Assembly (NCBI GenBank): GCA_002104945.1
Contig: MCFH01000058.1
Location: 124,001 to 188,000 of the forward strand
DNA from: Piromyces finnis finn
Taxonomy: Eukaryota > Fungi > Neocallimastigomycota
Direction: 5' to 3'
DNA: 64,000 nucleotides
Below are positions 23,662-36,700 of this stretch, one piece after another. The position numbers were made by a program, and so were the translations under genes. Numbering within the stretch: the stretch's first letter is position 1; every line of letters starts with the position of its first letter. The notes beneath the pieces were generated by a model. It was not told where the DNA came from. It ran no database searches and worked only from the letters and a program-made list of their open reading frames with translations.

Positions 23662-24274
23662 TGTAAAGATATCAAACGCCTCAACTTGATATCTTTAATG
23701 TAACTTAAGCCATAAGTATTATTGTTTAAGTTACACAAATTATATTCAGAAAAAGAAAATGAGACATAATTTATTTATTAATAATTAAAGTTTAAAACAA
23801 AATAAATTATTAATTTATTTTTAATGTTTAACAAGTAAATTAAAATTCTCATTTAAATCCCTAGTTTTAGTATTGTTTTGTAATAGAAATAGATAAATAA
23901 TATATAAATAATAAATGATTAATATATCAGTAATACATGGGCACATATTCAAATTGAATAGTACTTAATTTGAATTGCCAATTGTATTTTACTAAAAATA
24001 GTTATAGTTTAAATATTTATTAATAACTAAGATTTTAGTGTAGATTTTAATAATAATATATAAGAAATAAATAGTTATAATATAATATAAATGTATTTAG
24101 GAAAAATATAAATAGAAGATATTTTTCATCATTTTATCGATGTAATTGTTATTAATAAATTTCTATTATAATAAAAGATATTTTTTAATAAAACAATTTT
24201 TATTTTTATTTTAAATTTAGTGTTATTGTAATAGAATAGATATCCTAATCTATTCTTTCTGTGTAGCCGTTACA
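23662..24274 (+). repeat. LTR of family Z (no TSD found)
   Basis: TGTAAAGATATC...GTTACA; near-identical to 25930-26534. Confidence 0.75.
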
Positions 24275-24693
24275 ACTTTTAATGGGTAATTGTAATCAGT
24301 ATAGTATGAATATTCTGAATGGAATATTGAAAGTTGGAATGGTAAATTTGACTATTGAAGAAATAATTAGAAATAAACCTGATTTAAGTTTTGAAATGTT
24401 TAAATTAATGTAAAGATATTATTTTTAGTTATTTTATTAAATGACAAAATATTCTAAAAAGAAGTTCTGAAAAAATTTTAAATTTAAAATTCTCAAAAAA
24501 AAAAATTTAAATTATTGTAAAAAGTAATAATCAAGATTATAAAATATTTTAAGAAAACAAAAACACAAAAAGTAAAGGAAAATAAAATAATAAAGAAATA
24601 TCATTTTAAATTATTTTTTAATTCCCTTGGTTAATTATAGTCAATAACAATTACATCGTTTTAATTATGAAAAAAATATGTATTTATATTATT

Positions 24694-25050
24694 TGTAAAG
24701 ATATCAAACGCCTCAGTTTGATATCTTTAATATAACTTAAGCCATAAATATTATTGTTTAAGTTACACAGATTATATTACAGAAAAAGAAAATGAGACAT
24801 AATTTATTTATTAATAATTAAAATTTAAAACAAAATAAATTACTAATTTATTTAATGTTTTACATGTAAATTAAATTTCTCAATTTAATTTCTTAGTTTT
24901 AGTATTGATTTTTGATAGAAATAGATAAATAATAAATGATTAATATATAAATAATACATGGGCACATATTCAAATTGAGTAGTATTTAATTTTAATTGTC
25001 TATTTTATTTTACTAAAATAGTTATAGTTTAAATATTTTATTAATAATTA
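24694..25050 (+). repeat. 3'-truncated, diverged family Z LTR
   Basis: Starts TGTAAAGATATCAAACGCCTCAG and follows the family Z sequence for about 350 bp. Confidence 0.7.
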
Positions 25051-25244
25051 TTGTGTCAATAATAAATAATATTTTATAGAATAAATCTGGTGTTATTATT
25101 CTATATAAATATTATAAAATAATAAAACTATAAAAATTATAAAAACGAATTAAATTTATTTAATAAAAATAGTAGATATTGTTAAAGCTCGTACAATAGC
25201 TGTCGAGATAAAACAATAAGATAAAGTAGTTTAAAAAGTTATAA

Positions 25245-27435
25245 CTTCCAATCCGTTATCAAGTGGTGGAGAACCTCAGTCGTCCCGTGGGAAAGCCGAA
25301 TATACATATAATTCCTACTATTTAGTATATTTAGTATATTTATAATTTAAATATTAAATGAATGAAAATAAAAATAACTTCGAAAGAGCCGCTAGTTTGG
25401 CTAAAGAAATAAGCCCTCTTGGTAAGAAAGATAATAAGTTCTTCAGGTGGAAAATGGAATTTGAAGATATCCTAGAATACTTAGCTCTTTCTGAAAAAGA
25501 AAAGAATTGCTTTGCTTGCTACTACTGGTAATTCAAAAGATCTTTGTAGATATTTATTATGAAGATAGATCTTATCTTATGAATTTATTAATAAAATTTC
25601 TAACTTATTTGAGGATTATAAAACTTCCAATAGAAACTTAAATAAGTTAGAAAAAATAAAAGTAAACAAAAGTCTAATTAGAGAATTTAACCATTCTTTT
25701 AACGACCTTTTGAAAGAAATTAAAGAAAGGGACATGCCTTCTGAAGAAAGACTTGTTTTTCTTTATACAAAAGCTTTTAATAGGAGAACTTCTATATTAA
25801 ATTCTCTTATTAACAAACAACCAAAAACTTTAAAGGATGCTATATTCATTGCTATTAAAGCAGATGAACTTTTGTCTGCTTTTGAAAGTGATGATGAATA
25901 TAAAAGAATTCAAAATAAAAATAATTATTTGTAAAGATATCAAACGCCTCAACTTGATATCTTTAATGTAACTTAAGCCACAAGTATTATTGTTTAAGTT
26001 ACACAAATTATATTCAGAAAAAGAAAATGAGACATAATTTATTTATTAATAATTAAAGTTTAAAACAAAATAAATTATTAATTTATTTTTAATGTTTAAC
26101 AAGTAAATTAATATTCTCAATTTAAATCCCTAGTTTTAGTATTGTTTTTTTATAGAAATAGATAAATAATAAATGATTAATATATCAGTAATACATGGGC
26201 ACATATTCAAATTGAATAGTACTTAATTTGAATTGCCAATTGTATTTTACTAAAAATAGTTATAGTTTAAATATTTATTAATAATTAAGATTTTAGTGTA
26301 GATTTTAAATAATAATATATAAGAAATAAATAGTTATAATATAATATAAATGTATTTAGGAAAAATATAAATAGGAGATATTTTTCATCATTTTATCGAT
26401 GTAATTGTTATTATTAAAATTCTATTATAATAAAAGATATTTTTTAATAAAACAATTTTTATTTTTATTTTAAATTTAGTGTTATTGTAATAGAATAGAT
26501 ATCCTAATCTATTCTTTTAGTGTTCAACATTACATTATTATAAGAGAAAAACAGAAGTTGAAGATAAAACCTTTTATAATAAAAACGAAAACAATAGTAG
26601 TACTGATAATGATAAGGTCATCGAAAACCTTATTTATGCGTTCAAGAGAAAAAGTTCTGAAGAAAGTAAAGAAAGTGAAAATGAATGTCACGTGACTCGG
26701 TCAAAGAAAAAGAAACTTCGATGAAATCCATTACCAATACACACAAAGGTAATTCAGATGAAAGAAAAACAAGAAATTCGAAATGATAATAATTCGAATT
26801 TTCATATTACTACTTCCCGCCTGAACATCTTAGACCCCTCGGTTATTGAAGGCAAAAATATTTCCTTTGCTAAGATGAAAAATAAAGAAGCCAGAAATAA
26901 AAGAAGAATTGGACCAGATATACCAAGAAAACAGGACAAATTAGAAGAAGTTATAGATAGCAAAAAATCTCCCAAAAGCAACTATTACGACTTCCTACGT
27001 TCTATTGTTATGCTGGGCAAAAATAAATAATATAATATTTTTGATGATCTAAATAATACTAACGCTGGTATCTCCTTTGCGCAATTGCTTGCAGTTAGTC
27101 CTATCATCAGAAGACTTTGTGCTAAAGGTTTAAAACTTGATCCAAATGACATTAGAAAAATAAACGCCATTCAAAATATGGATCTTAATGATGATGATAT
27201 TAATTCATTTATTAATATCATTAATGAAAATTATAATAATAATAATGATGTTGAAGATAGCAACGATGATGATAATATCAGTATAGCAGATAATGAAATT
27301 AATGACATTATTAAAGTCAACATTACATCAGTCATTGGTTCAATTGATAATAACATTGTCCAAGTTTTAGTAGATACTGGTTCTGATGTTAATGTTATTA
27401 CCAAATCCTTTAATTTAATATCTTTGCAACTGTAA
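25245..27435 (+). pseudogene. Decayed Gypsy 5' half (LTR end, PBS, gag, protease), element D
   Basis: ...CCGTTATCA-AG-TGGTGGAGAA (tRNA-Ala-type PBS at 25264). Gag-like ORF from about 25358. Protease VLVDTGSDVNVI. Stops and frameshifts; interrupted by a solo LTR. Confidence 0.8.
25930..26534 (+). mobile_element. Solo LTR, family Z, 5-bp TSD TTATT
   Basis: TG...CA. TTATT at 25925-25929 and 26535-26539. Removal restores NKNNY|YKRK in the host gag. Confidence 0.88.
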
Positions 27436-28130
27436 TAATTCCATTATATATTGTTATATAATAGAATTATTAGCTACAACTTATTAATATATTAATATCA
27501 ATAAATTGAGAATAAAAGAAAAATAAATATTAATACTTATCTTTATTTGAGAATTTCTTATAAGAATGAAATTGAAACAAATTTACACTTTAATATATTT
27601 TATTATAAATAACTTTAATACAATAAAATTAAAAATATTTATTTATTAAAATTTGCTTCTTATAATAATAACTTTTGATTTCTCAAAGAAAAATCAAGAG
27701 TCTTATTTATATTATTTATTAAATTTAAAGTTAAATTAAAATTTTATCTAAGCTTAAAAAATTAATATTTTTGTTTAGGAAAAGATTAGAAGAAAAACCT
27801 AAACAAATTTCGATCAATATTCTATACATATTGATCATCGTATATTTTAAGTAAAACCAATTATTTAATTTAAAAATTGAAAAAAAACCTTAAAATATCG
27901 ATTCCTAAACATTAATTAAGTATTTTAAAATAAACTAATAAATATAATTAATAAATATAAGAATTAAGTAAAAGTAATTAAATAAACTAAATAAATAAAT
28001 AAATATAATTAATAAAATAATAAAATTAAATAAAGTAATTAATTAATAATTATCAATTACTAATTTAACTAAGAAATATTAATTAATAAATATTAAATAA
28101 TTATTACATATTAAATAATTATTACGTATT

Positions 28131-28853
28131 TGTAAAGATATAAAGTATATCTTTAAATTATTTAATAATTAATTAATAATTATTGAATAATAATTTTGAT
28201 ATTTTAATGAAAAAATTGTTTATAAAATTTATTGTATAAATTTTATGGAATAATTAAATAAAGATTAATTTTAAAATATCAAAGTTACAAATGAAATTTG
28301 GATAAATATTTAAATTAATGGATAATTAAATTTAAATATTTTAAATATTCAAATTAAATCTTAAAAAGTTTTTATTTAATTAAAATTAGTTTAATAATTT
28401 TAGCGTAGTTTGAAATTAGCATTTTTAATTATAAATATATAATAAATAGTATTGTTAATATTTAATTAATATATAGGTAATACATGGACTGTATTCAATT
28501 TGCAGTTTACTCAAATTGAATCGAAAGTGTATTTAATTAGTTTTAGTTTAGTTTTATTATTTTATTATTTAATTAAATTAGTATTAAATTAGTTTTGTTT
28601 ATTCTATATTGAATATATGTATAATTAAATAGAATAATATATTAAAATATAATTTACGAAAAATATAAATACATGTAAAATTTCTTGATTAAAACGATGT
28701 AATTGTTATTGACTATTATTTAGTTAATAACTAAATAAAATTAATAAAAGAGATATTTTTAAATAGATTTTGTTTTTCTTGTTTCTTTTTATTTATTTCG
28801 TGTTTTATGTTTTATTGTAAAATTTTATAATCTGTTTTTTATAAACTTTTACA
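28131..28853 (+). mobile_element. Solo LTR, family W, 5-bp TSD GTATT
   Basis: TGTAAAG...TTTACA. GTATT at 28126-28130 and 28854-28858. Homologous to 29573-30307. Confidence 0.9.
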
Positions 28854-28896
28854 GTATTAAATAATGATTATGTATTAAATAATTATTATTTCTTAC

Positions 28897-29314
28897 AGTA
28901 ACGAATCATAGATATAAATAAGTTGTCTTAGTGGTTAGTAACTAAAACTATGGTCCGAATATCTTAAGTTTGAGACCTCTAAATTACTTTTTTTAATTCA
29001 TTTTATTTTAATTTTGATTTTGATTTTTTACCAACATGAAATTCTTTGATTGGTTAAGAAATTTGAGTTGTAAAAAATCTTTTAAATTAATTTTAAAAAT
29101 TTTAATATAAATACAAGTGAATTTTCCAAATATTTAAAAAAATTGAGTTTTTATTAATTAATAAATTATTGTTAAACACTAACCTATTAAGTTAAAATTT
29201 GTGTGTTTTTAATAATAATTTTAAATATTAATAATTAACAGTTAATAAAAGTGTTTTATATTTTGGTAAATTATTATAAATTTCTTTTTATTGTTAAGAA
29301 CACATTTCTTTACA
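28897..29314 (+). repeat. Decayed LTR of the element A family
   Basis: Collinear with 1284-1722, including GTCTTAGTGGTTAGTA and the terminal CACATTTCTTTACA. A second PPT/LTR-start remnant (ATCCGAATC...GACCATGTAACG) lies at about 29367-29396. Confidence 0.8.
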
Positions 29315-29449
29315 ATCAGCAAATCATAATATTACACATTTTAAGAGAACTTTCTTTAAATTAGCTATCCGAATCATATAGGCAGACCATGTAACGAATT
29401 ACAAAATTATAAAAATAATTTAATAGTATATTAGTTATATAATATTAAT

Positions 29450-30450
29450 TAATTATTTTATACTCAAAGTGTTTCAGTTAACTATATATTGATAGTACTT
29501 TCTATCAATTGCATTCAGAATGATGTTGACACTAATGTCATTTTTCTTAACGAACTACCTATTGTTAGAATCTGTAAAGATATAAAATATATCTTTAAAT
29601 TATTTAATAATTAATTAATAATTATTAAATAATAATTTTGATATTTTAATGAAAATTTATTTATAAAACTTATTATATAAATTTTATGGAATAATTAAAT
29701 AAAGATTAATTTTAAAATATCAAAGTTAGATATGAAATTTGAATAAATATTTAAATTAATGGATAATTAAATTTAAATATTTTAAATATTCAAATTAAAT
29801 CTTAAAAAAGTTTTTATTTAATTAAAATTAGTTTAATAACTTTAGCGTAGTTTTAAATTAGCATTTTTAATAGTAAATATAAAATAAATAGTATTATTAA
29901 TATTTAATTAATATATAGGTAATACTGGACAGTATTCAATTTGTAGTTTACTCAAATTGAATCAAAAGTGTATTTAATTAGTTTTAGTTTAGTTTTATTA
30001 TTTTATTATTAAATTAGTTTTGTTTATTTTATACTGAGTATATGTATAATTAAATAGAATAGTATATTAAAATATAATCTACAAAAAATATAAATACATG
30101 TAAAATTTCGTAATTTAAAACGATGTAATTGTTATTGACTATAATTTAATTAATAACTAAATAAAACTAATAAGAGAGAAGTTTTAAAATATATTTTGTT
30201 ACTTTTGTCTTTTTTATATTTTTTTATTTTATTTTTTTATTTTTTTGTGTTTTTGTTTTATTGAAAAAGTTTTATAATATGTTTTAATTCTTTATAAAAC
30301 TTTTACAGAATCTAAAATTAGAACATTTTTTGCTAAGGAAGCGTGGCAATGACATTTTCAATAAATATATTGGTGGTCAATTTCAACCAAATGTTAAAAT
30401 CTTTACCATCGTATTTAAAGCTATTGCATTAGCTGATACCATCATTTTAG
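29450..30450 (-). pseudogene. Probable Copia gag N-terminal remnant split by the family W solo LTR
   Basis: Minus-strand DGKDFNIW... and SVNIILNAIDRKYYQYIV resemble GDNFSAW and VSIILNNIEDKIYPLI in the Copia gag at 31336. Confidence 0.5.
29573..30307 (+). mobile_element. Solo LTR, family W, 5-bp TSD GAATC
   Basis: TGTAAAG...TTTACA. GAATC at 29568-29572 and 30308-30312. Confidence 0.9.
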
Positions 30451-31321
30451 TTTATGAAACTCTTACTCTAATAATTTTAAGTTTTAATATAACTTTAATC
30501 AAATATGCATTTTTACTTTTATATTCAAATCTGTGGCATCACCTGCTTTGTATTCAATATATGGCTTAACATGAGTCTTTACTATTTATATTAAGTTATT
30601 CTAAATTATTCTAATTAATTTTAACAAATATAACAATTTTATTTATTAAATAACTAAAGATAATATCTTTACAAAAAGTTTCATATTTTCATTATTATCA
30701 ATACTGCTAGTTCTTGTTACAATTATCATTTGAATGAGAGTCTTTTTCTAAACCAATAGTTGTTTTCACATGACTAATTTCGTGGCACGTGATGTTTTTA
30801 TTGATACAGATTAATTTTATGTAGAAAGAACTTAACTTTAAATAATATATGTTTTAGTAATAACTTTATTTATTATGTTCTATTCTGTCTAAATACTAAA
30901 CGTTAATTCTGTCGTTATTAACTATTAAACTTTTAACTAAAACAAGAAGCCCTCTTGATAATAATTATTCCTAGTCTATTTATACTAATGAGACTTACTT
31001 AATAACTAATTGTCCAATTATAAGGCTGGAACTCTATGAATTATATATGAAAGAATAGAATTTAGCTAGAACTTAAATTACTAATGAAAATTTATATTAC
31101 TAATATTAAACTTTAATTAATAATAAAATTATAATGTAATTACTAATGTAATGTTTCTTAGAATAATCGTAGCATATAGTATTACTAATTTACATTAGCC
31201 ACATACTTTAGTATAAAAAGGAATTTGTAAATGTATTATTAAAATCTTTGTAATTACCTTTATTAAATTAAATTTAATAAACATAATAAATAAATTTTAT
31301 TAAACCTAAATTTACTTTTCA

Positions 31322-31335
31322 GATTAAGAGTCTCA
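31322..31335 (+). promoter_or_regulatory. Putative PBS complementary to the tRNA-Lys(CUU) anticodon arm (half-tRNA priming)
   Basis: GATTAAGAGTCTCA lies between the LTR end and the gag ATG. Its reverse complement TGAGACTCTTAATC equals nt 27-40 of recalled vertebrate tRNA-Lys(CTT). Confidence 0.6.
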
Positions 31336-33734
31336 ATGGCTACCGAATATATTCTTTCTAACCACGTACGTCCACTTAACGGTGACAATTTTAGTGCTTG
31401 GAAATTAAGAATTACCAGCATCCTCACCGCTTTAAATCTCAAGAATTATTTAGACCAAAATATTACTACTAATGAAATTCAAGATCCAGGTGAAATCCTA
31501 AGAATACAAAAGGAAAATGCAGCTGCTGTATCTATTATACTTAACAATATTGAAGATAAAATCTACCCGCTGATAACCGATACTGATACTGCCCACGAAC
31601 TTATGGAAAACTTAAAAATCCTCTTTGAGCAAGACGAAGATGTAACTTTACAAGAATGAATGAACAAATTAAGAGATATGAAGGTCAAAAATCACAAAGA
31701 AATACTTAGCGTAACTAGTAAAATGATGTCCATATTTAAACAAATGGAGAAGAAAAAGTTACCAATTACTGAACAAGAAAAAATAGATTATCTCTTAGGA
31801 TGTATGCCAAAGGAACTAAAAATCATTTTCATTTCTGGAACCACAACTACTGCAAATGACCTTTATGAAAATATTAAAAATAAATACAAATTACTCTACC
31901 ATATAGGAAAAAATAAAGAAATTAGAAATACAAGAAGCTATGATGAAGATATGATGGACATTGACTTAGTTAACAATATAATGAAATTTAACAAGGGCAA
32001 CAACAATAACTCTAGAATAAGCAAATACTGTCATATATGCAATATGAAAAATCATAATACTAGTGAATGCGGTTATAACACAAAAAACAAGAATAGATAC
32101 AACAAATACAACAATAACAGCAACAACAACAGAAGGAAACTATATCAATATAACAAAAGAAATTATAATAGAAACAACATCAATTATTTAAACAAGAAAG
32201 AAATGGATGAAATTTTATCAAATGATGGACTTGCCTATATTAATAACATCAATAATAAAGAAAATAATGAGAAATCTTCGAACTCTACTACCTGGATATA
32301 TGACACAGGTGCTTCTGAACACATAACTAATGATAAAAGTATTTTAAGAAATTTTGTTGAACAAAAATTAAAAATGAAGTGTGCCAACAATACTACTTGT
32401 GAATTTCAGGGATTCGGTACATACGAAGGAAAACTAAATAACCATAACATAACATTAAAAAGGGTTTTATACTCCAAGGATATAGCACAAAATCTAATAA
32501 GTGGAATAAAATTAGCACAATCACACATAAATTGTGAAATAATTAATAAAAATTTCAAACCACAGTTAATAATCAAATACAATAATAAAAATATATTTAG
32601 AACACATGTCAATAAAAGGAATAATTTCAAAATTAAAACACAAAATAATAATTTCAATGATAAAAAGATATATTGTATCAATGAAAATTTATCAAATAAT
32701 ATATGGCACAATAGATTAGGACATTACTATAACAAAAATCTAGAAAATTTTTTAAAGTCACACAAAATTGAAAATAATGAATGCCTACATTGTAAAATAT
32801 CAAAATTAAATAGAAAACCACACAATGGAATCCCACCCAAAGCGACTAGAAGAAACGAAGTTATTCATTCCGATGTTATGGGACCTTTACCACCATCAAT
32901 AAATCAATATAAATATATTCTAACTTTTATTGACGAAGCTACTAGAAAAGGTTGGGTATTTAATCTAAAAAACAAATCAGATATTACTAGTACGACTATC
33001 AATTTTATTAAATTAATCAACAATAACTACCAAAATGAAAAAATTAAAATCTTTAAGTCTGATAATGGAAAAGAATACAATAATAAAAAATTATTAAATT
33101 TTTGTAAACGAAATGGTATTAAGAAAGAATTTTCCCCACCTTACAATCCTCAAAACAATGGGATAGCTGAACGTTTCAACAGAACTATTACATCGTGCGT
33201 TAAAACAATTTTGTTTTGGGCAAAACTTAGTTTAAACTTTTGGGAATATGCAGTAAAACATGCTGTATATATTTATAATATAATACCACACAGTTATATT
33301 TCCAATAAAATTCCTAATGAAATATACTTCAATAAAAAGATAAATCTAAACTATTTAAAAACTTTTGGTTGCATTGCATACTATAAGAATTTCAACCAAA
33401 ACAAAAGAAAATTTGATATCAACTCCAGAAAAGGAATTTACTTATGATTTAATAATAATACTCACTGTTTTATAATTATGGATTTCTACGATCATAATAT
33501 ACATTTAGTAAGAGAAGCAATTTTCATAGAAGAAAAACCAGGCAATCTCAAAATTGTATCCGGCAACAATCCTGGTTACTCTAAAATTTCAAAAACAAAA
33601 ATTTCTAATGGTACAATGGTATATAAACATGATCAGGAATCTAACTATGAGGAGATCGATACCAACCACTATCCTACCATAATTAAAATCAAGAATAATT
33701 TTGACAATAATTATAATAATATCAGTGAGGATAA
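31336..33734 (+). pseudogene. Copia gag-protease-integrase, with in-frame stops at 31657 and 33445
   Basis: CHICNMKNHNTSEC knuckle, WIYDTGASEH protease, WHNRLGH, HSDVMGP, KSDNGKEY, NGIAERFNRT. Confidence 0.93.
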
Positions 33735-36700
33735 TATCAGGGGTTTGGCGAATAGGTTGAATTATTTTATTATTAAATAAGGTTTGATAAAAATTTAGAA
33801 AAGACAATAATAGAAATTTATTTAAAAATTTTACACAAGACTCTTTTATTAATAATTTAAGTTTAAAATTATATTTGATCTTTTATTAACATTGAAAAGT
33901 GGACTTTTTATAAGTCAGAATAATAAAAAGGTTTTTATAGAATTTGAAAATAATTCTCAATTGAAGCTTAACTAATTATTTTTTCTTTAACTATTTATAC
34001 TAAAGCTTCAATTGAGGCTTTACAATTATTTTAATTTTTTATTAATAATAATTACTAATAATTACTAATTAAATAAAAATAATTAATAATAAAGATTATA
34101 AAATTAATATTATTTCGAGAAGGTGTTATAATTCTTTTACTAAACTAAACTATTTATTCTTCTAAATTTTTCTATTTATTACTAATAACTAATTTATTAA
34201 TAATTAAGATTCTTCTACAAAAATTATTTTATTATTTAATATTAATTAAAGTTAATTATAACAAAAAAATTTTCTTAACGTAATGTAACGTATTGATAAG
34301 GTCCCTTCTCAAAGACGGATTCCAGACGTCTAAAGGAATTTTTCAAGTCTTTCTATATGCACAACATCTGAGGCCTTGGAATTGGGCGGGAGTTCTAACT
34401 TAAATGTAACAGGGGATAATATTTCCAAGATTTTAAAAGGTCCAATTCTTCTGGAGGCAAATTTTTTCAATTTCTTCAACGATGGAATTTGTTTGACCCA
34501 AACGAAATCACCAATTTTAAATAAAGGTCCTTCAGAGCGATGTTTATCAGCGTTTTCTTTATATAAAAGTTTACTTGAATTAATATTATTGTAAATAGAA
34601 TTAAAATGAACTTTCCAGTCAAGGGTTGTGAATTCCGCATGATTTGAAGCACTAGTAAAGCTAAGATCTGGATCAAAACTAAGATTATATCCATAAACAA
34701 TTTCAAAAGGAGACTTTTTCGTAGTAGCATTAATAGAATTATTAATAGAAAATTCCACAAGAGGAAGATAATAGGACCATAATTGAGGTTCGTCATGAGC
34801 AAAACATCTAAGTGTTTGGGTTACAATACCGTTTAGTCTTTCTACTTGTCCATTGCTTTGGTGATGATGAGCAGTCGAATATTTGCATTCAATCTTGAGT
34901 AGGTTGAGAAGCTTTTTCCAAAAATGAGAAGTAAATTGACTTCCACGATCAGAAGTAATAGAATGTGGTAAGCCATGAATACGGAAGATATTTTGAAGAA
35001 ACAAATTGGCAACGTCTTCGGCAGAGGGAGTACCAGTAACGGGAATTAAATGAATCATCTTGCTAAATTGGTCAACAACATTCATAATGGTAGTATAGCC
35101 TGACGATTCTGGTAAGTCTGTAATAAAATCAACGTTGATGAAGGTCCATGGTAAAGAAGGGGTTTCTGTAAGTTGGTTCAGTCCGTATGGAGAATGTGTT
35201 GTTTCTTTTCTAGTGGCGCATATAACACATTTCTTTATAAACAGATCAACATCGTCATGCAACTTAGGCCAATAGTAGTATCTGGTAATTAATTCTTCTG
35301 TCTTCTTTGTACCAAAATGACCGGCAACTGGCGTAGCATGATATTTTTGAATAGTGGGAATTCTCATGTTTAAAGGCAAATAAATCCTATTATTATAATA
35401 AAGAATATCGTTAATAATTTCATAATTTTTATTAAACTCACCCTTTACTTTAATTGAATTTATAATATTTTGAATTTCAAGATCAAATTGATATTGTTTT
35501 TTGATTTCATCAAAGAATAGTTCATTATCGTTAAAAGAAGTAATAAGTCCAATAAATAAATCAGGTCGTCTTGATAGTATATCGGCTTTCTTGTTTGAGG
35601 CTCCACTGCAGTAGACAATTTCATAATTAAACTTTGAAAGAAATTCAAACCAACGAATTTGTCTGTCGGAGAGTACTTCAGGTTTCTTTGGAAATTTAAG
35701 GTTCTTATGGTCACAAAATATTTTGAATGGTTCCTTAGATCCTTGTAAATAATTACGCCATTCTTTAAGGGCCGATATTATGGCTAGTAGTTCTTTGTCA
35801 TAAATGTCGTATCGTACTTCCGCATTTTTTAGTCCTTTTGACATGAAAGCACAAGGGTGTAATTTATTATTCTTATCGTATTGAGATAAAACAGCTCCCA
35901 CAGCGTAATTGCTAGCATCGGTTTCTACTATAAAAGGTTGAATAGGGTCTGGTATCATTAATATAGGGTCGGTGGTAAAGGCACCCTTGAGCATAGTAAA
36001 GGCTGCTTCTTGTTCTTTATTCCAGTGAAATTCCTGACCTTTTCTTGTTAATTTTGTCAAAGGTTGAACAATTTTTGAAAAATTGCAAATGAATCGGCGG
36101 TAGAAATTTGCTAAACCTAGAAACTGCTGAACTTCTTTCACGGTTTTTGGACGAGGCCAATCCCGAATGGCGGCTACTTTGTCTTGACACATTGATATAC
36201 CTTTATCAGAAATTTGATATCCAAGAAATTCTACAGAGGATTTAAAAAATTCACATTTTTTTAATTTACAATAAAGTCCATTATCAAGTAATATTCTCAA
36301 GACTTTCTTGACATGACTAATGTGTTCTTCACGTGTTTTTGAGAAAATTAGTATATCATCTATATAGGAGAAGGCGAATTTATCCAATACAGGAGTTAAA
36401 ATATCGTTAAGGAAATATTGAAATGTGGCTGGAGCATTGGTAAGACCAAAGGGCATTACTTCATATTCAAAGTGGCCGAATCTAGTACGAAAAGCAGTTT
36501 TTGCTTGATCACCATCCTTGATACGTACTAAATTATAAGCACCTGGTAGATCTAGCTTAGTAAAGTAGGAGCATCCTTGAACACGGTCGAGTAAGTCCTT
36601 GATTAATGGCAACGGATATGAATTTCTAATTGTGGCTTGATTAAGTTTTCTATAGTCAATACAAAGGCGAAGCGTACCATCTTTCTTTGGTACAAATAAT

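Noticed and set aside
23662-25050. Non-autonomous TRIM formed by two family Z LTRs
   Set aside because: No PBS or PPT in the spacer, the second LTR is truncated and more diverged, the spacer contains an inverted LTR fragment, and there is no TSD.
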